64,000 nucleotides of DNA from Flavobacteriia bacterium (GTDB lineage: Bacteria; Bacteroidota; Bacteroidia; Flavobacteriales_D; Crocinitomicaceae), in contig CANHVK010000003.1 of NCBI GenBank assembly GCA_947464135.1, positions 1,223 through 65,222 of the forward strand. Reading direction: 5' to 3'. The notes below the pieces were generated by a model. The model was not told the origin of the DNA. It saw only the letters and a program-made list of their open reading frames with translations, and searched no databases. Each line of letters starts with the position of its first letter. The first letter of the stretch is position 1. Below, piece by piece: positions 1-9,497 of this stretch. A program made the position numbers and the translations under genes.

Positions 1-630
1 TATATCACTTGTATTTAAATTTCCGCCTGCATTAACTGAGCAATAATTTTGGATTTCTGTAGAGTTCAAATAAATTTTAATTCCTAAACAATTTAATTTG
101 ATATTCGAATCAAATACAACTGTTATCATATCCCAGCCATTTACAGGTTTATATGATATATCTTTATTACCTCCTAATGTCACAGCAGAAATACTTTGTT
201 GAGTACACGACCCTCCTAGAGTAATTCTAAATTGTTGATTGTATGTTTTTTCATCACTTCCGTATGATAAAACAATGTTATTGGATTTTGAAATATTAGT
301 AGAATCTGTTTTAACCCAAAATGAAATCGAGCGGCTATTGTTACCTAAAGGACCTGGTTTAATACATCTAATGTAGTCTGCACCATCATAATGTCCTAAA
401 TAATTTGCATTAAATTCATAAGCACTATTCACTTTTCCATTTCTATCAACGGTCAACGAAGCCCCATTTACCGTTCCATGATTGCCATTCCCAGATTCAT
501 CATTGGCATTCCCATTAAAAGGCCACCAACCAACTAAACCGTCTTTTGGTACATACGAAGGGATGTTTTGTGCCATCACATTCGATGCAAATACAATAGC
601 TACAATTAAAAACGAGTAAATTTTTGTCAT
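1..630 (-). CDS. LamG/concanavalin-like secreted protein, N-terminal 210 codons (gene continues past window start)
   Basis: Not in the ORF track because no stop lies in the window. The reverse complement of 628-630 is ATG and reads MTKIYSFLIVAIVFASNVMAQNIPSYVPKDGLVGWWPFNGNANDESGNGNHGTVNGASLTVDRNGK... Signal peptide plus an N-terminus matching ORF 26662-27906 at about 44 of 53 aligned residues. Confidence 0.75.
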   Translation of the reverse strand, partial: MTKIYSFLIVAIVFASNVMAQNIPSYVPKDGLVGWWPFNGNANDESGNGNHGTVNGASLTVDRNGKVNSAYEFNANYLGHYDGADYIRCIKPGPLGNNSRSISFWVKTDSTNISKSNNIVLSYGSDEKTYNQQFRITLGGSCTQQSISAVTLGGNKDISYKPVNGWDMITVVFDSNIKLNCLGIKIYLNSTEIQNYCSVNAGGNLNTSDI

Positions 631-731
631 AGTATTATTTTTAAGTTACATACCAAATATACAAATTTCTATTATAGAGTGTATTTTTAATAAGAGTACT
701 TTTTGATGGATAGAATGTTCAACTTTGAAGC

Positions 732-970
732 ATGAACGAAGAAACGGATTATTCTGTCACTTACAAAGCAATTGCCAATCGTTTGAAAGAGTTACGCAAA
801 GCGAAAGGGTATAAAACTACGAACACATTGCTTTTGAGTTAAATATGTCACGTTCTGCCTATTGGCGCTTGGAGTCTGGTGCTAATTTTGAATTAAAAAC
901 ACTCATTCGAATTTGTATTTTGTTTAAAATCACTTTAGCAGAGTTTTTTGAAGGGGTTACGTTTCCGTAG
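732..970 (+). pseudogene. XRE-family HTH regulator, frameshifted
   Basis: Frame 1 reads MNEETDYSVTYKAIANRLKELRKAKGYKTTNTLLLS*. The next frame continues YEHIAFELNMSRSAYWRLESGANFELKTLIRICILFKITLAEFFEGVTFP*. Together they form a normal HTH_3 protein if one A is added to the A4 run at 813-816. Confidence 0.7.
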
Positions 971-1096
971 GAGGGGTGATCACCTCCCTTAATCCCTCCT
1001 CAAGGAGGGAAAAATAGCGTTTCAAAGCTAAAATCTACTTTCAAAAATTCTTTGACCATACAACTTCCCTCCTTGAGGAGGGACCGAGGGAGGTGA
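955..1096. repeat. GC-rich palindromic element locus (3 arms: degenerate 955-979, 980-1010, 1065-1096)
   Basis: TCACCTCCCTTAATCCCTCCTCAAGGAGGGA at 980-1010. Its near reverse complement TTCCCTCCTTGAGGAGGGACCGAGGGAGGTGA is at 1065-1096. A degenerate arm ending GGAGGGGTGA abuts at 979/980. Confidence 0.85.
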
Positions 1097-1142
1097 TTTT
1101 ATAAAAAAGACCAACTCTTAATTACAATTTTATTTATTTCAA

Positions 1143-1204
1143 AAGGTTATACCCGTATAAACCTTAAAAAAATAAAAGTTTTTATGGGTATAACCCTAAA
1201 AAGT
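1143..1204. repeat. GGGTATAACCC-type inverted repeat pair; 1178-1203 is identical to 26373-26398
   Basis: AAGGTTATACCCGTATAAACCTT (1143-1165) and AGTTTTTATGGGTATAACCCTAAAAAGT (1178-1204) are in inverted orientation. The 26-mer AGTTTTTATGGGTATAACCCTAAAAA recurs exactly at 26373. Confidence 0.8.
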
Positions 1205-1411
1205 GTAAGAAAATTTGGTTTCAATGGATCCACTTTGGCAAGACAATATAGATGGAATCAAACATTACCCTATAGCGGATTTTTTAATGAAAAAAGAGTA
1301 CTAGATAGACTAATGTTGGTTTAAAAACACTCTTAAGAGCAATTGAATTAGATGACTAAAAGCAACTACAAATAATCTGGATATTATTTTCCCTTTTCAT
1401 CGTTTATCCCT

Positions 1412-1419
1412 TACCTTTG
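1412..1419 (+). promoter_or_regulatory. candidate Bacteroidota -7 box TACCTTTG upstream of ygiQ
   Basis: Exact TAnnTTTG match, but it ends only 7 nt before ATG 1426. That is shorter than the 17-23 nt seen elsewhere in this window. Confidence 0.25.
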
Positions 1420-1425
1420 TATGGT

Positions 1426-3396
1426 ATGGAAAAGCAATTAAGACCGATTACGGATTGGATCCCTTTAACTAAGCAAGAAGTTGAAAAACGTGGCTGGGAA
1501 GATGTAGATGTCGTCCTAATCTCTGGAGATGCATATGTAGATCACCCTGCGTTTGGAACAGCTGTTATTGGGCGTATTATCGAAGATGAAGGTTTTCGTA
1601 TTGCTATTGTAGCACAACCGAACTGGAAAGACGATTTACGCGATTTTAAAAAATTCGGTAAACCAAAATATTTCTTTGGGGTTACAGCTGGTTGTATGGA
1701 TTCGATGGTAAACCATTACACTGCTAATAAACGCTTACGTTCTACTGATGCTTATACTCCGGGTGGTGAAGCGGGTTACCGTCCTGATTACGCGACGATT
1801 GTTTATTCCAACATATTAAAAAAATTATATCCTGATGTACCTGTTTTAATTGGCGGAATTGAAGCAAGTTTGAGAAGAGTAACCCATTACGATTACTGGA
1901 AAGATGCGTTGATGCCTTCGATTTTGGTCGACTCAAAAGCGGACTTATTGGTATATGGAATGGGAGAACAACCCTTGCGCGAAATGTTGCGCTTATTGAA
2001 AAAAGGGGTTCCTTTTCAATCGTTAAGAACATTAAAACAAGTCGCTTTTCTACAAGATAAAAACGAAGATTTACCGAAAAATAAACAATGGGAAACCATT
2101 GAATTAGCTAGTCACGAAACGTGTTTACAAGATAAAATCAAATACGCGGCTAACTTTAAGATTGTTGAAGTGGAGTCTAATAAATGGGAAGCAAACAGAA
2201 TCATTCAACACGTTGGAAGTCAAACGCTGGTGATTAATCCTCCCTACAAAACGATGGAAGAAAAAGAAATCGATCAATCGTTTGATTTACCTTACACACG
2301 ATTACCTCATCCAAAATACAAAAAACGTGGAGCAATCCCTGCATACGATATGATTAAGTTTTCGATCAATATGCACCGTGGATGTTTTGGTGGATGTAGC
2401 TTTTGTACCATTTCAGCGCATCAAGGAAAATTCATTGCTTCTCGGAGCGAGAAATCCATCTTGAAAGAATTGGACGATGTGACCAAACACCCTGAATTTA
2501 GAGGATACATTTCTGATATCGGAGGACCTTCTGCGAATATGTATAAAATGAAGGGAAAAGATGAAGAAATTTGTAATCGTTGTACGAGTCCAAGTTGTAT
2601 TCACCCTGTTATTTGTTCAAATTTAGATACTTCACACAAACCACTAACACAGCTTTACCGTAAAGTAGATGCACATCCAAAAGTAAAAAAAGCATTTATT
2701 GGTTCTGGAATTCGTTACGATTTATTGGTCGATGATTTTAATAAAAACAATGAAGACGGTAATCACGATGAATATATAGAACAAGTAGTTACCAGACACG
2801 TTTCAGGGCGTTTGAAAGTAGCACCTGAACATACTTCGGATGCGACCTTACGCGTTATGCGAAAACCATCGTTTAAGTATTTCCAAAAATTCAAGGAAAA
2901 ATACGATGCCATATCAGCGAAACACCATTTAAATCAACCGCTTGTTCCTTATTTTATATCTTCCCACCCTGGTTGTGAAGAAGAAGATATGGCTAATTTG
3001 GCAGCAGAAACCAAAGATTTAGGATTTCAATTGGAACAAGTACAAGACTTTACTCCTACTCCAATGACTGTTGCAGAAGTGATTTATTACTCAGGTGTAC
3101 ATCCTTATACCTTAAAACCGGTAAAAACAGTTAAAACCAAAGAAGAAAAATTGAATCAAAATCGTTTTTTCTTTTGGTACAAACGTGAAAACCGTGAATG
3201 GATCAAATCGCGTTTACAAAAAGTAAATAGACCAGACCTTGCCGAACGATTATTAGGAGATGTTGTTGATGAAAAAAAATCGTTTTCTCAACCAAAAAAA
3301 TCAGAGAAAAAACATCCTTCTACAAATCAATCACATACGAAAAATGACAAAAAAAGAGACCTTCCACCGTGGTTAGCTAATCGTCGGAAAAAGTAG
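1426..3396 (+). CDS. ygiQ: YgiQ-family (UPF0313) radical SAM protein
   Basis: N-terminus LISGDAYVDHPAFGTAVIGRIIEDEGFRIAIVAQPNW, radical SAM cluster motif RGCFGGCSFC, lysine-rich C-terminal tail. First ATG is at 1426 (the ORF track starts at TTG 1417). Confidence 0.9.
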   Translation: MEKQLRPITDWIPLTKQEVEKRGWEDVDVVLISGDAYVDHPAFGTAVIGRIIEDEGFRIAIVAQPNWKDDLRDFKKFGKPKYFFGVTAGCMDSMVNHYTANKRLRSTDAYTPGGEAGYRPDYATIVYSNILKKLYPDVPVLIGGIEASLRRVTHYDYWKDALMPSILVDSKADLLVYGMGEQPLREMLRLLKKGVPFQSLRTLKQVAFLQDKNEDLPKNKQWETIELASHETCLQDKIKYAANFKIVEVESNKWEANRIIQHVGSQTLVINPPYKTMEEKEIDQSFDLPYTRLPHPKYKKRGAIPAYDMIKFSINMHRGCFGGCSFCTISAHQGKFIASRSEKSILKELDDVTKHPEFRGYISDIGGPSANMYKMKGKDEEICNRCTSPSCIHPVICSNLDTSHKPLTQLYRKVDAHPKVKKAFIGSGIRYDLLVDDFNKNNEDGNHDEYIEQVVTRHVSGRLKVAPEHTSDATLRVMRKPSFKYFQKFKEKYDAISAKHHLNQPLVPYFISSHPGCEEEDMANLAAETKDLGFQLEQVQDFTPTPMTVAEVIYYSGVHPYTLKPVKTVKTKEEKLNQNRFFFWYKRENREWIKSRLQKVNRPDLAERLLGDVVDEKKSFSQPKKSEKKHPSTNQSHTKNDKKRDLPPWLANRRKK

Positions 3397-3503
3397 AAAT
3401 TACCTAGGATAGAAAATTTCCAAATTAAATTTGATGAATTTATTAACAGACAGTATTAATAACTTTATCTATCCAAAAATGAACTTCGTCGACGAATCTC
3501 TAC

Positions 3504-3511
3504 TATTTTTG
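3504..3511 (+). promoter_or_regulatory. candidate -7 box TATTTTTG for the small acidic ORF
   Basis: Exact TAnnTTTG match 30 nt upstream of ATG 3541. Confidence 0.35.
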
Positions 3512-3540
3512 AAGAAAGAAACTGACTTAAATTGTGTGTT

Positions 3541-3723
3541 ATGAATATAGAAGCTATCCAATTGGAAATTGAGACATTAAAGTCAAAATTGACTGGTAAT
3601 TTGTTTGAAGATGGGGAAACTCAACAAGCAATTTATGAGTTGAAAAAACAGTTAAATCCAGCTATCGCAGAAAACCCTATGTTGGAAGAAGAAGAAGAAG
3701 AATGTTTGTATTGTGGAAGTTAA
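3541..3723 (+). CDS. 60-aa acidic protein ending EEEEEECLYCGS, unknown function
   Basis: ORF MNIEAIQLEIETLKSKL...NPMLEEEEEECLYCGS with its own -7 box upstream and a strong terminator 40 nt downstream. Confidence 0.5.
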   Translation: MNIEAIQLEIETLKSKLTGNLFEDGETQQAIYELKKQLNPAIAENPMLEEEEEECLYCGS

Positions 3724-3761
3724 TTTGATCCGTAAAAAATTACTTTCAATAGAAACAAAAC

Positions 3762-3795
3762 AAAAGGCTAATCGATCGATTAGCCTTTTGTTTTT
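3762..3795 (+). terminator. rho-independent terminator
   Basis: AAAAGGCTAATCGA/TCGATTAGCCTTTT perfect palindrome followed by TTTTGTTTTT. Confidence 0.85.
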
Positions 3796-3818
3796 AAAAA
3801 GCATATGTTGTATTAAAT

Positions 3819-3905
3819 TTCCTCCCTTGAGGGAGGATAAAGGTGGGTGACAAAATTATATTATTTATAACCTCACCTCCCTTAATCCCTCCTCAAGGAG
3901 GGAGG
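3819..3905. repeat. GC-rich palindromic element locus (2 arms, tail-to-tail)
   Basis: TTCCTCCCTTGAGGGAGGATAAAGGTGGGTGA (3819-3850), a 22-nt spacer, then TCACCTCCCTTAATCCCTCCTCAAGGAGGGAGG (3873-3905). Confidence 0.9.
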
Positions 3906-3927
3906 AAAAATTTAAAAATTATTTATA

Positions 3928-5256
3928 TTACAACAAGTCATTTGCAAGATTTGCTAATTCTGAACGTTCGCCTTTTTCGAGTTTGACATTTGCAAACAAT
4001 TTTTGGTTTTTCAAACGATCGATGATGTAAGCAAGTCCGCAACTGTGTTCATCTAAATAGGGAGTATCAATTTGTTTTAAGTCTCCAGTAAAGATGATTT
4101 TGGTATTTTCACCAGCACGGGTAATAATCGTTTTTACTTCGTGCGGCGTTAAGTTTTGAGCTTCATCAATGATGAAAAGGATGTTAGATAAACTTCTACC
4201 ACGGATGAAAGCAAGCGGAGTAATCACCAATTTACCATCTTTCTCCATTTCAACGATGGCACGGTGTTTCTTTTCCGTTTCGTTGAATTGCGATTTTATG
4301 AATTTCAAGTTATCCCACAATGGCTCCATGTAAGGCGCAATTTTATCGTTTGCATCCCCTGGAAGGAATCCTATTTCTTTGTTTGACAGTGGCACCAAAG
4401 GACGAGCAAGAATAATCTGTTGGTATTGATTATGTTGTTCCAACGCACTCGCCAAAGCAAGTAAGGTTTTACCTGTTCCTGCTACCCCTTCCAACGCAAT
4501 TAATTTGATATCATTATTTAGTAAAGCATGCAACGCAAAGGCTTGTTCAGCATTTTTAGCTTTGATACCATATACATAATTTTTATCTACACGGTCTATA
4601 TTGTCTGTAACTGGATTATAATAGGCTAATGTAGATGTTTTTCCATTTTTAAGCACATAGTATCCATTCGCTGTTTTTTTATTTCCTAAAATTCCACTTT
4701 CAGGGATACTTTCTTTTAGGTATAAATCACGGATGATTTCACTATCCAAATTTTCGATGTGACTAAAAGCAGTTTCATCTAAAATGTCACTGTCTACTTT
4801 ACCAGTCTCATAATCTTCAGCATGCAAGCCAAGTGCTTTTGCTTTGATTCGAAGATTGATATCCTTGGTTACTAAAATAACATCCTTAGTTAGTTCAGTT
4901 TCTTTTAAAACCAGGGCACTATTAATGATTTTGTGATCGTTTTTTCCTACGGAGAAGATGTATTCAGCGTTGTATTCTTTCGGACTACTATCCAAAATAA
5001 TCTTAAAGCGACCCAAATCAGAGCCTCCTAATTTTACCCAAGATTGGAGATTACCTGTACCTGCGATTTTGTCAATTGAACGAATTACTTCACGCGCGGC
5101 AAAATTTTTGATGTCATTGCCTACTTTAAACTTATCTAACTCTTCCAATACCGTGATTGGAATTGCCACATCGCTTTTTTTGAAGTTAATAAGCGAGTGA
5201 TGGTCGTGTAATAACACCGATGTGTCTAACACGTAGATTTTTTGTTTCTTAGCCAT
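3928..5256 (-). CDS. PIN-domain/PhoH-like ATPase (PhoH2/YlaK type)
   Basis: N-terminal PIN motif KIYVLDTSVLLHD. C-terminal PhoH ATPase with Walker A GVAGTGKT and IIDEAQN. ATG at 5256 (MAKKQK) preferred over the longer track ORF. Confidence 0.9.
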   Translation of the reverse strand: MAKKQKIYVLDTSVLLHDHHSLINFKKSDVAIPITVLEELDKFKVGNDIKNFAAREVIRSIDKIAGTGNLQSWVKLGGSDLGRFKIILDSSPKEYNAEYIFSVGKNDHKIINSALVLKETELTKDVILVTKDINLRIKAKALGLHAEDYETGKVDSDILDETAFSHIENLDSEIIRDLYLKESIPESGILGNKKTANGYYVLKNGKTSTLAYYNPVTDNIDRVDKNYVYGIKAKNAEQAFALHALLNNDIKLIALEGVAGTGKTLLALASALEQHNQYQQIILARPLVPLSNKEIGFLPGDANDKIAPYMEPLWDNLKFIKSQFNETEKKHRAIVEMEKDGKLVITPLAFIRGRSLSNILFIIDEAQNLTPHEVKTIITRAGENTKIIFTGDLKQIDTPYLDEHSCGLAYIIDRLKNQKLFANVKLEKGERSELANLANDLL

Positions 5257-5452
5257 GGCTGTTTTTTTTTTACTAAAAGTACTTGTGAATACATTCACGT
5301 TTACTGGTTACTCATTTACGTTTTCCAAACAAAAATGTGAATAGCAAAAAAGGTAACGAATTAATATTCAGTTAATTTATAAGTGATTAATAATTAATTC
5401 GTGGCCGAAATTTTCTTTTCAATGAACTTAATACAAGTTACAAAAATTTAAT

Positions 5453-6577
5453 CTACAATACAAATAAATCTTCGGCAATTTTATCCGCCCAGGACTTTCC
5501 TTCGTCTGTCAAACGGATGCGCGTTTCGCTTTGGGTAATCCATCCTTTTAAAATGAAATTAGTTAAAGTAGAATGAAACTCTGTTGATAAAGGTAAAATA
5601 TATGAAAGTTGTTGTAAATCAACTCCCCATTGTGTTCTAAGACCAACCAAAAGCAATTCATTAAAACGATTTTCGAGAGTTAATAATTCAAAATCATAAG
5701 CAGGTTCCTCAGCTTCGATTCCCTTCATATATACTGTATTGTTGGCTATATTCCAAGAACGGTATTTTCCATCAAAAGAATGTGCTGATGGTCCAATTCC
5801 AAGATAGGCATCCCCTTTCCAATAACTTGAATTGTGTTTAGAATAATAATTAGGCAATCCAAAATTGGAAATTTCGTAATGTTCAAATCCAGCCTTTTTT
5901 AATTTTTGTTGTAATAATTCAAATTGTAGCGCTTGATGTTCATCAGAAGGCGCATTTATTTTTTTGGATTTCACCCAAGATGCCAACGTTGTTTTTTCTT
6001 CTATGGTAAGGCAATACGCAGATATATGTTGTACACCTAATTGAAGCGCTGTATCAACTTCTTGCTCCCACTCTTCTATTGTTAAATCGGGTAATCCATA
6101 AATCAAATCGATACTGATGTTTTTAATCCCCCCTTGTTGTGCTATTGGAATGCACGTTTTGCTTTGTTCAACGGTATGTGCACGATTCATCCATTGCATG
6201 ACTGAAGGATTGAAAGACTGCAAACCAATGCTCAAACGATTTACACCAGAGCGCGCCCACATTTCCACTTTTTCTGCATCTATATCATCTGGGTTGGCTT
6301 CCAAGGTGATCTCTGCAGAATCATTTACCAAAAAATGGCTGTAAATCGTTTCAATTATTGTTTTTAACTCGTTTTCATTCAATAAACTAGGTGTACCACC
6401 ACCGAAATAAATGGTATTAATCGGTGTATCTGAAAGTGTTTCTTTACGTACTACCAATTCATTGACCATTGCCTGAATCATTCTTTCTCGATACGAATGA
6501 AAGGTGGTACTAAAATGAAAATCACAATAGGAACACTTTTGCTTGCAAAAAGGAATATGTATGTAAATACCTGCCAT
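5453..6577 (-). CDS. hemW: radical SAM heme chaperone HemW (HemN-like, oxygen-independent coproporphyrinogen oxidase family)
   Basis: MAGIYIHIPFCKQKCSYCDFH radical SAM motif, GGGTPS motif, typical length of 374 aa. Confidence 0.9.
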   Translation of the reverse strand: MAGIYIHIPFCKQKCSYCDFHFSTTFHSYRERMIQAMVNELVVRKETLSDTPINTIYFGGGTPSLLNENELKTIIETIYSHFLVNDSAEITLEANPDDIDAEKVEMWARSGVNRLSIGLQSFNPSVMQWMNRAHTVEQSKTCIPIAQQGGIKNISIDLIYGLPDLTIEEWEQEVDTALQLGVQHISAYCLTIEEKTTLASWVKSKKINAPSDEHQALQFELLQQKLKKAGFEHYEISNFGLPNYYSKHNSSYWKGDAYLGIGPSAHSFDGKYRSWNIANNTVYMKGIEAEEPAYDFELLTLENRFNELLLVGLRTQWGVDLQQLSYILPLSTEFHSTLTNFILKGWITQSETRIRLTDEGKSWADKIAEDLFVL

Positions 6578-6580
6578 AAT

Positions 6581-8797
6581 TTATAAAATGAAAACTCGTT
6601 TTACATAGGTTTGATTTTTGGTCTTTATTTCAAACAAATACATCCCTTGTTTCAAAAAGTCAGTTTTGATTTTTAGAATAGTACTTGCCACTTCATAGGT
6701 AGCAAACGTTTTCCCTGTTACATCTAGAATTTTAATTTCATTAACACTATCAATAGTTGATTCGATGGTAATTTCATCACTTGAAACTGGATTCGGATAA
6801 ATATTCAAAGCATTTTCAGAAGGATTATCTGAATTACAAAAAGAACGTGAAATAGTAGATTTGAATGCATTGGAAGGAATTAGCGCTACAATTGTATCTG
6901 CTTCCTCTCTAATTAAAAACATACTCCCTGATATATTCTCATTAAAGCCATTTCCATTGTAATCATTTATTGTAATCTTATAACATTCAGGTGATAAACA
7001 CATGGATTGTTTTATTACTTTGCCTGGAGTATTATTATCATAAGGGCCTCCTTTGTATAATACATCCTCTTTTTTGTTGGTTATTGTCCAATTTGTTTCT
7101 GCCCCTTTGTTATCTAACGTAAGGATAAATGTATACGGCTTTGTATCATTCCTTTGATCAAAAGAATGAGTGACTGAATTATTCTTAAGTAGATCATCTT
7201 TGGATGTTACAATCTTTGTTTGAAAAGAATGTATTCCTTGTCCAAAAGATTTTTCAGGTAAAAAAAGCGTATCGACTTCATATGTTTTTAAGTCTCCTAT
7301 CCACATTTTAGTTTGTAATGGTTCATCATCAAATTGATATTCAATTGTAGCTTTAGTTAAATTATTTTTCCCAGCGTTACCGATAATTACATAAGGAATA
7401 ATGCTTTGTGAACAATTGCGATTCAATAGATTAGTTCCGGCATAAGGAATAAAAGGATCGTCATCAATTTGTACACTTTCTTGTAAATAATTTCCGTTCC
7501 ATATTTTAAATGAAGTATTTATTGGGTCTAACCAAGTTTTTAATCGAGTAGAATCTGTACCCAAGCCAACCCACGAATCTGATATTTTACTATAAAAATC
7601 AGTCATAAAATCGGAAATACAATCTGAATCCCCACCTCGTAGTTGACCTACAAATAGATGATTTTCATCAAATAAAGGGGATCCTGAAGAACCAGATTCA
7701 GTAATACCCTGGTCCCAATTGGTTCTCCACTGATTCATAGGTTCACCAGGGTTAAAAGCATCCGAATGAAGGCTATCATAATCCATCGTTATTTTCTTGA
7801 TATCAGCATACGGATGGTGAATACCAGTACCAGATTTAGGAGTATTACCACTCACATTCCACCCTGAAAAATATACATTCCAAGCAGGATCAGGCATGGA
7901 ATTTAATTCACATAACAAAAAATCAGTTGGAATGCTCTTTGCTATAAGATGACTGCCATTTATTGTCATATTCTGCGGTGCATCCACAGATGGTTTAGAT
8001 GTTCCACAATCAGCTTCTTCAGTAGGAGCCTCCCAACGAAAACGATATACCCAACCTTGGGGCTTTGTACCGCAATGCAAAGCAGTTAGTAAATAGGGCT
8101 TTATAGGTCCAGAAGTAGTATTCATCATCGTACCTGTACATAGTCCACCTGCTCCATTTAAAATTAACACTACGGCATTTCGTTGATTTTCAAACCCATT
8201 TCCTTGCGGACAGTTAACATCAATATTGCAAATTCCCGAACTATTTAGTTTACGTTTTAAAAGTCTATCAATCGATTGGTAACCATGAACGACCGTTTCA
8301 AGTTGTAAAATAGAAGTATTTCGATTTTCTAATGGCTCTTTTAACTCAATAATTACCTTTTCATCGTAGAGTAAATCGGTCCCTAAATATTGAGATGAAT
8401 TGTTATTCAAAGATGTATATGCTCCTATATAAGTATTTGTATTTGCTCCTACTATATAAAGTGTAGACCCTTGTTTAAGCTTAAATTTAGAAAAAACAAC
8501 ATTAATTGATAGCGCTTTTTTACACCAAAATCCATATTGATAAACAATACTTCCATCTTTTAATGTATCTCTTATAGCCTTTTCTATCACATTAATATCT
8601 AATGAAATAGGCTTTCCGTATTCCATGGTTTTTTCTCTGTGTATAACTCTTTCTGACGTATCTATTGCAGGTAATTCTTTAAAAATAGCAGTTTTAGAAA
8701 CAGATTTCTTTAATACTTCAGGTAATCCTAAAGCAGTAGTTTGTGCATTTATACAAACATTACCAATCAAGAACAATAAGAATAAGTAAAACCTCAT
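6581..8797 (-). CDS. secreted trypsin-like (S1) serine endopeptidase with T9SS C-terminal sorting domain
   Basis: Signal peptide. LLTALHCG (His) and GSSGSPLF (Ser) motifs. C-terminal NIYPNPVSSDEITIES...GMYLFEIKTKNQTYVKRVFIL typical of Por/T9SS CTDs. Confidence 0.8.
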   Translation of the reverse strand: MRFYLFLLFLIGNVCINAQTTALGLPEVLKKSVSKTAIFKELPAIDTSERVIHREKTMEYGKPISLDINVIEKAIRDTLKDGSIVYQYGFWCKKALSINVVFSKFKLKQGSTLYIVGANTNTYIGAYTSLNNNSSQYLGTDLLYDEKVIIELKEPLENRNTSILQLETVVHGYQSIDRLLKRKLNSSGICNIDVNCPQGNGFENQRNAVVLILNGAGGLCTGTMMNTTSGPIKPYLLTALHCGTKPQGWVYRFRWEAPTEEADCGTSKPSVDAPQNMTINGSHLIAKSIPTDFLLCELNSMPDPAWNVYFSGWNVSGNTPKSGTGIHHPYADIKKITMDYDSLHSDAFNPGEPMNQWRTNWDQGITESGSSGSPLFDENHLFVGQLRGGDSDCISDFMTDFYSKISDSWVGLGTDSTRLKTWLDPINTSFKIWNGNYLQESVQIDDDPFIPYAGTNLLNRNCSQSIIPYVIIGNAGKNNLTKATIEYQFDDEPLQTKMWIGDLKTYEVDTLFLPEKSFGQGIHSFQTKIVTSKDDLLKNNSVTHSFDQRNDTKPYTFILTLDNKGAETNWTITNKKEDVLYKGGPYDNNTPGKVIKQSMCLSPECYKITINDYNGNGFNENISGSMFLIREEADTIVALIPSNAFKSTISRSFCNSDNPSENALNIYPNPVSSDEITIESTIDSVNEIKILDVTGKTFATYEVASTILKIKTDFLKQGMYLFEIKTKNQTYVKRVFIL

Positions 8798-9106
8798 CGA
8801 TATAATTAGACCTACGATTGTGAAAGTAAGGATTTTATTAGAAAATACAATTTAAATTCAGTAAATCATTGTTTAACATAACTTTATAACTATTAAACTT
8901 CCGGCTTTTTTAACAACTAATTAGATGATGAAAATAGAAAGGTAGATATACTATTCTACGAATCTAATGTATAATCATTAAGCACTCTTGAAAATTTAAA
9001 TAATGCACATAAATTTTATTTATATTTTAAATAAATAAAATTAATAATCGTTATATTTAGTAGTAGAATTGATTTCTCTACATTTACAAAAATTCATTCT
9101 TTTTCA

Positions 9107-9451
9107 GTGAAGACAAATTTAGCAAGAGTTTTATGTTTCAACACAGTTTTAATACTGCTATTCGGCATATTTTTCACAGCTTCAAATACATTTTTTAAAA
9201 AAGAAAATACAACTAAAGAGTTCCAGTTTTTAACTAAATCTGAAACTTCAATGGTACTACTTTCATTTATGGAAGAAGAAGATGACGAAGAAACTTGGCA
9301 TGATTTATTTCCAATTTTTGAAAATCAGAATATTCATACCTCATTCAAGATTGATTCTTATTGTATTCAACATAAATTCAATAAAAAACACCTTCGTCTT
9401 TCAAATGAAAAAGTCCCACTTTGGATTAAAATGAGACAAATTATCATATGA
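9107..9451 (+). CDS. hypothetical membrane-anchored protein (GTG start), possibly first gene of the dab cluster
   Basis: ORF only: one N-terminal hydrophobic segment and an acidic EEEDDEE patch. It ends 46 nt before dabA. Confidence 0.35.
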   Translation: MKTNLARVLCFNTVLILLFGIFFTASNTFFKKENTTKEFQFLTKSETSMVLLSFMEEEDDEETWHDLFPIFENQNIHTSFKIDSYCIQHKFNKKHLRLSNEKVPLWIKMRQIII

Positions 9452-9497
9452 TTTATAGTCCGTTAGATTAAAAACATTCTAATTAAACTATGAAAAT

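Noticed and set aside
5262-5271. T10 homopolymer (A10 on the coding strand) just upstream of the PhoH-like start codon, considered as a phase-variation tract
   Set aside because: It lies outside the coding region, 6 nt before the ATG, in a position where A-rich leaders are normal for Bacteroidota. A single sequence gives no evidence of length variation.
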